Of a stretch of DNA of 64,000 bases, positions 58,412-64,000 are shown piece by piece. The first letter of the stretch is position 1. Every line of letters starts with the position of its first letter. The DNA lies in the NCBI GenBank assembly GCA_049322215.1, contig JBMORU010000001.1, forward strand, positions 388,023 to 452,022. The letters are read 5' to 3'. The position numbers and the translations under genes are program-made. The notes below the pieces were generated by a model, which did not search any database, was not told where the DNA came from, and was given only the letters and a program-made list of their open reading frames with translations. Origin of the DNA: Patescibacteria group bacterium (GTDB taxonomy: Bacteria > Patescibacteriota > WWE3 > UBA101185 > UBA10185).

Positions 58412-59971
58412 ATGGAGTTAAATAACAATGTAAACGATGCTAAAGAAAGTACTTTTAATACGACTGCAAATATTGATAACTTAAACATTCCTATTCCAGG
58501 CCCTCCTAGCAATAACTCTGGTCTAAAATTTAAAAAAAGAAAAACTTTTATATTAGTTCTTCTAGTAAGCGTATTTGCAATTTGGCTTATAAAAAATTTT
58601 TCACAAAAACAAAATAATTCAACAAAGGTTGGTAGTCCTGCATTTACCTCTGATAGCGCGAACAACGCTGCAAAAGAAGATATATCTTTTTCTACCAAGC
58701 CACAAAATGACTACAATGCTACTCAAGTAAGTTTTGTACAAAAACAACAAACTCGTTCGAGCCCGATTAAATATAATACTGTGAGTGTTAATACTAATGT
58801 ACCTTCTATAAAAAACCGAGTAATTCCTGCTAATGAAATAAGTTTCATTGTTTTAAACAATATGGTTTTGCTAAGGTCATCACTTAACGCATTAGAAAAA
58901 GCTAATTGGCCTATGAATGGTGATTACGCCAAACCTATTAATATAACCTACAAAGATTTGGATCTTTCCGTAGACCAGCTTCGAGAAGTAATTGTTGTAG
59001 AAAAAGCAAAAGCACAAGAAAGAGAGCTTCCCCCGGAGCTTGAGAGTTTATACACATCGGCAGCAGCTTCCCGTGAATTAAACGCCTTAACAAAAAAAGC
59101 ATATGCAGAATATTTGTCTTATTTGCAAGCTGTTGGTGTGAATTCAATTTATATAGATGAAATGCAAAATATTGTACCTAACACAAACGAAAGAATATAC
59201 TTTATTGACAATTTGCAAATACCCTCAAGCTCGTTTGCTATGCAAGATTCCTCAGGTGCTGTTGAAGATTATTCTAAGCGTGTAATTGAAATCACTAGCG
59301 GTAGTTTATTTAATAACACAAAGTTTTTATATAACTCTCGCGTTTTAGGTGAAGTTCCTACTAATTCTACTGATTTAAATTTTTACTATAAAGAGTTACG
59401 TGACATGGCTCTTAGATTAAGTGTTTATCATGAAGCTACACATGTTTTGCAACGCGCTTACATGACTGTTCATGCCCCCATAGAAGCACGTAAAGGTCAG
59501 CATATTTACTTAGATGCAAATAAAACATTAATGGATTTAGATAAAGCAGACAAATGGCAGTGGTCAAAATATCCACGCGAAAAAGAATTTGAGGAACTAA
59601 CGCGTACTCAAGAAAGCCAAGCTGATGGAATAGCTTTTGAAGTTTTAACCAACGTATATGATATGAATACCAAGCAGCGAGATGCTCTTTGGACACATTT
59701 TTTTAGTAGACTCGACCCTACTTGGGAAATCATACAAGACATTAAGGTGTTATTTGAGCAAAACTGGCCCGATATGAGCTACAAAGTTGGAATAGGTGGT
59801 TCACTAGATGACGCCTTATTTAACTCATTTCCTGGAAGCTTAGAAGATAAAACAGTGTTGAAGCAAACTTTACGCTCTTCATCAAGTTTAGACAAAGACG
59901 CCGGCTATAATGACCCTTTACGCCCTGAAGAGACTTATGCTTTTTGGGAACTTTTAAAGGTTTTCGAATAG
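58412..59971 (+). CDS. membrane-anchored protein with HExxH motif (putative zinc metallopeptidase)
   Basis: TM near residue 45. YHEATHVLQ (HExxH). Leaderless-type -10 TATATT 6 nt before the ATG. Confidence 0.5.
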   Translation: MELNNNVNDAKESTFNTTANIDNLNIPIPGPPSNNSGLKFKKRKTFILVLLVSVFAIWLIKNFSQKQNNSTKVGSPAFTSDSANNAAKEDISFSTKPQNDYNATQVSFVQKQQTRSSPIKYNTVSVNTNVPSIKNRVIPANEISFIVLNNMVLLRSSLNALEKANWPMNGDYAKPINITYKDLDLSVDQLREVIVVEKAKAQERELPPELESLYTSAAASRELNALTKKAYAEYLSYLQAVGVNSIYIDEMQNIVPNTNERIYFIDNLQIPSSSFAMQDSSGAVEDYSKRVIEITSGSLFNNTKFLYNSRVLGEVPTNSTDLNFYYKELRDMALRLSVYHEATHVLQRAYMTVHAPIEARKGQHIYLDANKTLMDLDKADKWQWSKYPREKEFEELTRTQESQADGIAFEVLTNVYDMNTKQRDALWTHFFSRLDPTWEIIQDIKVLFEQNWPDMSYKVGIGGSLDDALFNSFPGSLEDKTVLKQTLRSSSSLDKDAGYNDPLRPEETYAFWELLKVFE

Positions 59972-60001
59972 TTTTGTATATTGGCAAAAATCTAGTACTC
60001 T

Positions 60002-60793
60002 ATGCACATGCAAAACATGGAAAAAAATTTGAAGACCGTTATGGAGCTTACCAAAGTAGATAAAAAGTATGTTGTAAACGAGTGTTTATCAAAGTTCAAT
60101 AGTATAAATTTAGACCTTGATGCTTTGACTGAAAACTTGCGTAAAAAACATCCTGCGTTATTTAGTAGATCTGTTTCGCAACAGTCAACAGAACAAAACA
60201 AAGCAAATATTCAAACTACATTGACTTCACATGCAAAATTAATTGGTAATTTTAAAAATACTTCCGAAATTGAAAGTTATTTAGAAAATGCGCATGCCAC
60301 AAAGGTGTCCATAGAAGTAGAATTAAAAAGTTTTATTGATAAAGAGAATATATGTATTAGCAGTAGAGTAAAGTCACCAGAAAGCATTAAAAAAAACATT
60401 GAAAATGAAAATCCTTTTACACTAACTGATGTAGTTGGTTTTAGATTAATTCCTGTTTCTAATGAGCATTTTGTTAACCTTTTAAGTGACCTAGAAACTA
60501 AACTTTCTAAGCTTTTATTTAAAATAAACATACTTTCATATTCAAAAGAGGAGGCTATACAAAACATTGGTGAAAATTCTGTTCACTACAAAAGCATTCA
60601 TTATCATATTGTTGAAGGTAACTACATGTGTGAAATTCAAGTTCGTGGGAAATATACTGATATATGGAGTGAACTTTGTCATATTGGACTATATAAACCA
60701 CAGGTTGATTTAACCTCAAAACAGTCAAAAGCTTTGTTAGATTTTGGCTATATTACCAATACCGTTGATTTCTTTGAGTTTTTAAATAGCTAA
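60002..60793 (+). CDS. RelA/SpoT-homologue small alarmone synthetase (synthetase-only RSH)
   Basis: Syn motifs RVKSPESIKK, DVVGFRLI, YKSIHYHI and EIQVRG...IWSELCHIGLYK. N-terminal ~105-aa extension. The start could be ATG 60008 or 60017. Confidence 0.75.
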   Translation: MHMQNMEKNLKTVMELTKVDKKYVVNECLSKFNSINLDLDALTENLRKKHPALFSRSVSQQSTEQNKANIQTTLTSHAKLIGNFKNTSEIESYLENAHATKVSIEVELKSFIDKENICISSRVKSPESIKKNIENENPFTLTDVVGFRLIPVSNEHFVNLLSDLETKLSKLLFKINILSYSKEEAIQNIGENSVHYKSIHYHIVEGNYMCEIQVRGKYTDIWSELCHIGLYKPQVDLTSKQSKALLDFGYITNTVDFFEFLNS

Positions 60794-60810
60794 TATTAAA
60801 TAAAAGATAA

Positions 60811-60848
60811 AAGGGGAACATTTTTTTAAGAATATTCCCCTTGTTTTG
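60811..60848 (+). terminator. hairpin between convergent synthetase and hydrolase genes (AAGGGGAA / TTCCCCTT, T-rich tail)
   Basis: Seen directly. Confidence 0.45.
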
Positions 60849-61295
60849 CTAAAAACCTAATCTAAGGGTGCGCATGGTTGTAAGAAAGAATTTTTCACGT
60901 TTATACATAGCTATTCTTTTTAAATGCCACTTTTCGGGTTTGGGGATTCGCGTTATGTCAATGTTATGTGTTAAGTCTGCAATTTTAACGTTTAATGCCA
61001 TTTTGGGTCCAAAGGCAATTTTCAAAATGTATGAAATGCGAGATTCCGCTTCTGCCTTTGTGAGCAAACCAAGTGCGTGTATTATTTCTAATGAAAACCC
61101 AGCATCCAAAAGATTTTGTGGTGTTATTTGAGTATCTTCAATAACATCATGTAAAACTGCGCAGATTTTTGTACTTGTGCCTTCCACATGATTCATAACC
61201 CATAAAACGTGATGTATGTAAGGATTACCCCCTAAGTCGGTTTGCCCCTCGTGTAGCTTTTTAGCTAAGACAATAGCTTTATCAAGTGTGCTCAT
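60849..61295 (-). CDS. HD-domain small alarmone hydrolase, (p)ppGpp hydrolase-type
   Basis: KLHEGQTDLGGNPYIHH, AVLHDVIEDT and KIADLTHNI match the Rel/SpoT hydrolase domain. AAGGAGAG SD. Confidence 0.75.
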   Translation of the reverse strand: MSTLDKAIVLAKKLHEGQTDLGGNPYIHHVLWVMNHVEGTSTKICAVLHDVIEDTQITPQNLLDAGFSLEIIHALGLLTKAEAESRISYILKIAFGPKMALNVKIADLTHNIDITRIPKPEKWHLKRIAMYKREKFFLTTMRTLRLGF

Positions 61296-61503
61296 TGCTA
61301 ACTCTCCTTGGTATTGGAAAAGCCTCTTTTTATATTTGTTTGATTGAGTTTACGAAATCTTATAGCACGATGTTGGTAGTGTCAAATGTGCATACTTGCT
61401 ACTTTGCTGGTATTCGTATTGCTTCTTTTAAAAAGGCTTTTAGAGGGTGTGGTTATTTGGTTAAAAATGTAATAAAGCGATAACCTTTGTTAGTTTTATT
61501 AAT

Positions 61504-62256
61504 GTGTATTATTCTTTAACTATGCAGAAAGGTTTTACACCTCTTATTATAGTTTTGTTAATTACCCTCGTTTTGGGCACTCTGGTTTTGTTGTATAAAC
61601 TTTTGCCTAATGCACACACTACTCCTGAGGTGAATAACACCATAGTTTTTAAAGAAACGCCTCCAGAGCCCCTAAAGCAGGAACTTCTTGAATTTAAGGC
61701 ATCTGATTTTAAATTTCCCTCAGAAAAAATTAACTCAATATCTTCTGTTGAATCATGTGGCACAGGGTGTCATTCAAAGTATGCAGTCGAAATAGTAGAC
61801 GGAATAATTACAAAAACAAATTCCTCTAGAGTAGCAAGCAATGAAACAAAGAATAATTACACTTGTACTATAAATGAAGATGCTTTGAATAAGTTAAATT
61901 TATTATTTAACCAGGCTAGTGCTGATATTAAAATGTCAGAAAGTGATGTTAGTTTATCTTGTTATCAGGGAGGATTTGGAAAATGTTTTGACTTAGCTAT
62001 TGGAGAAGATCAATATAAATTTTATGTTGACGCTCAAAGTAATTTAACTTCTTTTTCATGTTTTGACCCTAGTAAATGCAAAAGTGCTGAAGGTTATTTA
62101 TATACTTATGACGAAAATGGGCGTATTAAGTATAGAAGCTATGCATTCGAAAACTTTGAGTTTGGGGAGTTTATACAAGATCTTATTATGGGTGCTGGGG
62201 AAGACGCAAACAACTACTGCATAAGTGACTCAGTTAAACTAGATATAGTTCAGTAA
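61504..62256 (+). CDS. membrane-anchored Cys-rich extracytoplasmic protein, hypothetical
   Basis: N-terminal TM. 9+ Cys in the soluble part. The start may be 61525. Confidence 0.45.
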   Translation: MYYSLTMQKGFTPLIIVLLITLVLGTLVLLYKLLPNAHTTPEVNNTIVFKETPPEPLKQELLEFKASDFKFPSEKINSISSVESCGTGCHSKYAVEIVDGIITKTNSSRVASNETKNNYTCTINEDALNKLNLLFNQASADIKMSESDVSLSCYQGGFGKCFDLAIGEDQYKFYVDAQSNLTSFSCFDPSKCKSAEGYLYTYDENGRIKYRSYAFENFEFGEFIQDLIMGAGEDANNYCISDSVKLDIVQ

Positions 62257-62328
62257 CGGTAGGGAAAAGCCTAAGTTAATCTAAGCTGAGTATTTCGGTT
62301 AAGCGGCATTAAGCACACCTTTTGTGAT

Positions 62329-62646
62329 TTAGTTACCCCAATTTGTAAAAACACCTACAGCAAGTTCTGCCCATACCCAAAGGAATAACAGAATTAATAG
62401 AATCCCTAAAGCTAACCTATACTTTTTTGAAACTTTTCTTGCAATTAGAACAAATGTGCCTCCCGCGCCAAATATAAGAGTACCCATTACTACAAAGTCA
62501 AAAATATCCCAATTAAGCACTTCGTAGCTACTTCCAGGATCGAGTAAAGGTATTTTGAATGACATTAGTAAAAAAGGAATTGTAAGTAATAGAATTGTTA
62601 AAAGAGCTACCCAAATGAGTTTTTTGTTTGTGCTGGGTTTATTCAT
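62329..62646 (-). CDS. small integral membrane protein, hypothetical
   Basis: 3 TM helices. Confidence 0.4.
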   Translation of the reverse strand: MNKPSTNKKLIWVALLTILLLTIPFLLMSFKIPLLDPGSSYEVLNWDIFDFVVMGTLIFGAGGTFVLIARKVSKKYRLALGILLILLFLWVWAELAVGVFTNWGN

Positions 62647-62886
62647 ATGAGTATATTATAGCAATTATAAGTGTATAGACTGATCCGGCACGAATCAGAT
62701 TAAATTTTTCTTTTTAAGTTCTTCTTTAATGCTTTTGGGCATATCCCTGCATTTACAATGCTTAAAATGTTCAAAATGCCATTTTACTCTGTCTTCAAAT
62801 GTGGGGTTTTGAGGCATTTTATTGTTAAGATGCCATTTTTTATTAAGTTTCATAAATTTAGTATAAGCTGTTTTTTTAGGGTAAGT

Positions 62887-62960
62887 TGGCTGGGGAACAG
62901 GGAGTCGAACCCCAATTTCCGCATCCAGAGTGCGGCGTGCTACCATTACACCATTCCCCA
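62887..62960 (-). tRNA. tRNA-Gln (anticodon CTG)
   Basis: Reverse complement TGGGGAATGGTGTAATGGTAGCACGCCGCACTCTGGATGCGGAAATTGGGGTTCGACTCCCTGTTCCCCAGCCA. U1-A72 acceptor typical of tRNA-Gln. Anticodon stem CCGCA/TGCGG with loop CTCTGGA. CCA encoded. Confidence 0.8.
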
Positions 62961-63068
62961 ATAAATACATTGTGGAATGATGGTAGCAAAGCGTCACACC
63001 ATTCCCCAATAAGCACTAGAATTCTAGCATAAAACTAAGTTTTATTTGGTAACCTGCTTTTATGGGTT

Positions 63069-64000
63069 TTAGGAGTTTTTTGCGTTTCTTAGCGCTCTGT
63101 ATCTTTGAGTGGGGTCCAGTAGTTTTTTACGAAGTCTCAAGCTTTCAGGAGTAATTTCAAGTAACTCATCATCTTCTAAAAAGTTTAGTGCTTGCTCTAA
63201 ACTTAACTTAAGTGGGGGAGTTAAAATTATTGCTTCATCTTCACCTGAAGATCTTGTATTTGTAAGGTTTTTACCTTTACACACATTTATTTCTAAATCT
63301 TGTTCGCGTCCGTTTATCCCCACTATCATTCCACCATAAACCATTTCTTGTGGACCTATAAATAATGGGCCTTTTTCTTGCGCTACGTTTAATCCGTAAG
63401 ACATTGCTTTTCCTTTTTCAGTTGCAATTAAAACTCCTTTTCTAAGTTTTTTAGGGGTACCTTGCATGTGTTCGTATCTTAAAAAGCTTGAGTTAACTAT
63501 TGCTGTTCCTTTAGATATTGTCATTAGTGTACTTCTTAAGCCTAATAAATTACGTGTGGAAATTTCGAATATTAATCGTGTGTATCCAGTTTCATCCATA
63601 TCATGTGAAATCATTTGTGCGCGTCTTTTACCTAATTCGCTATTAATTCCACCTACGTATTCTTCTTCTACATCAATTGTTAACTCTTCAATTGGTTCCA
63701 TTTCTACACCATCTATTTTTTTTGTTATTACTTGAGGTTTTCCAACTTCTATTTCAAAGCCTTCGCGTCTCATATTTTCTAAAAATACTGATAAATGCAA
63801 TTCTCCTCGTCCTGATAAAATATATTGTCCGTTTGCATCTATTTCAAACTTCATTGCTACATTAGTTTGAAGTTCTTTTTCTATTCTGTTTAAAATTTGT
63901 CTGCTTGTTAAAAATTGACCTTCTGTACCCTTTAGTGGAGAAGTATTGGCTCCCATTGAAATGCTTAAAGTTGGTTCTGCAATTTTCATTGAGGGTAAAG
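63069..64000 (-). CDS. typA: translational GTPase TypA/BipA, C-terminal portion. The gene continues past the window end.
   Basis: EF-G-like domains III-V and the BipA C-terminal domain. No in-frame stop before position 64000. Confidence 0.7.
   Translation of the reverse strand, partial: LPSMKIAEPTLSISMGANTSPLKGTEGQFLTSRQILNRIEKELQTNVAMKFEIDANGQYILSGRGELHLSVFLENMRREGFEIEVGKPQVITKKIDGVEMEPIEELTIDVEEEYVGGINSELGKRRAQMISHDMDETGYTRLIFEISTRNLLGLRSTLMTISKGTAIVNSSFLRYEHMQGTPKKLRKGVLIATEKGKAMSYGLNVAQEKGPLFIGPQEMVYGGMIVGINGREQDLEINVCKGKNLTNTRSSGEDEAIILTPPLKLSLEQALNFLEDDELLEITPESLRLRKKLLDPTQRYRALRNAKNS

Noticed and set aside
61316-61445. Long-range 9-bp inverted repeat (AAAAGCCTT / AAGGCTTTT) upstream of the SAH gene
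   Set aside because: Short and A/T-rich. It is expected by chance in this composition.
62695-63009. 104-codon ORF overlapping tRNA-Gln
   Set aside because: It runs straight through a well-formed tRNA gene. The tRNA call takes precedence.
1-64000. Search for CRISPR arrays, transposases, integrases and phage structural genes
   Set aside because: I found no regularly spaced direct repeats and no transposase, integrase or phage-like proteins. The compositionally odd segments cannot be tied to a recognisable mobile element.

Overview
This is an AT-rich stretch of bacterial chromosome (roughly one-third G+C by eye) with compact, frequently overlapping genes. I support about 70 protein genes and two tRNAs, tRNA-Pro(GGG) and tRNA-Gln(CTG). 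I saw no rRNA, CRISPR array, transposase or integrase.

Housekeeping genes dominate:
- truB, mutS-mutL-tgt and xseA-xseB
- gpmI-eno and uppS with a polyprenyl synthase
- nrdD-nrdG
- a fermentative energy module: fused ADP-forming acetyl-CoA synthetase, an NDH-2-like oxidoreductase, 2-oxoacid:ferredoxin oxidoreductase alpha and beta, and flavodoxin
- pcm, corA and the typA C-terminal fragment

The gene set and strictly anaerobic enzymes are compatible with a reduced anaerobe, possibly a Patescibacteria/CPR-like lineage, but that is inference only.

Interspersed are accessory-looking elements:
1. A Kam/NpmA-family 16S rRNA m1A1408 methyltransferase homologue, and a FmrO/ArmA/Rmt-family 16S rRNA m7G1405 methyltransferase homologue that is translationally coupled to tgt. 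Both are aminoglycoside-resistance-type enzymes.
2. An ABC-F ATPase preceded by a 7-codon upstream ORF that runs into a perfect 11-bp hairpin. This looks like an attenuator, as seen for ABC-F antibiotic resistance genes.
3. A convergent pair of a RelA/SpoT-type small alarmone synthetase and an HD-domain small alarmone hydrolase. This is either split (p)ppGpp metabolism or a toxSAS-like module.
4. Short islands of conspicuously higher G+C, strongest at 28185-28556, which lies next to a divergent MarR gene with several perfect palindromes.
5. A recurrent leaderless promoter architecture, with a -10 hexamer 6-7 nt upstream of the start codon and no Shine-Dalgarno sequence.
6. Partial duplications of tRNA ends next to both tRNA genes.

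All calls rest on motifs read directly from the translations. No database search was possible.
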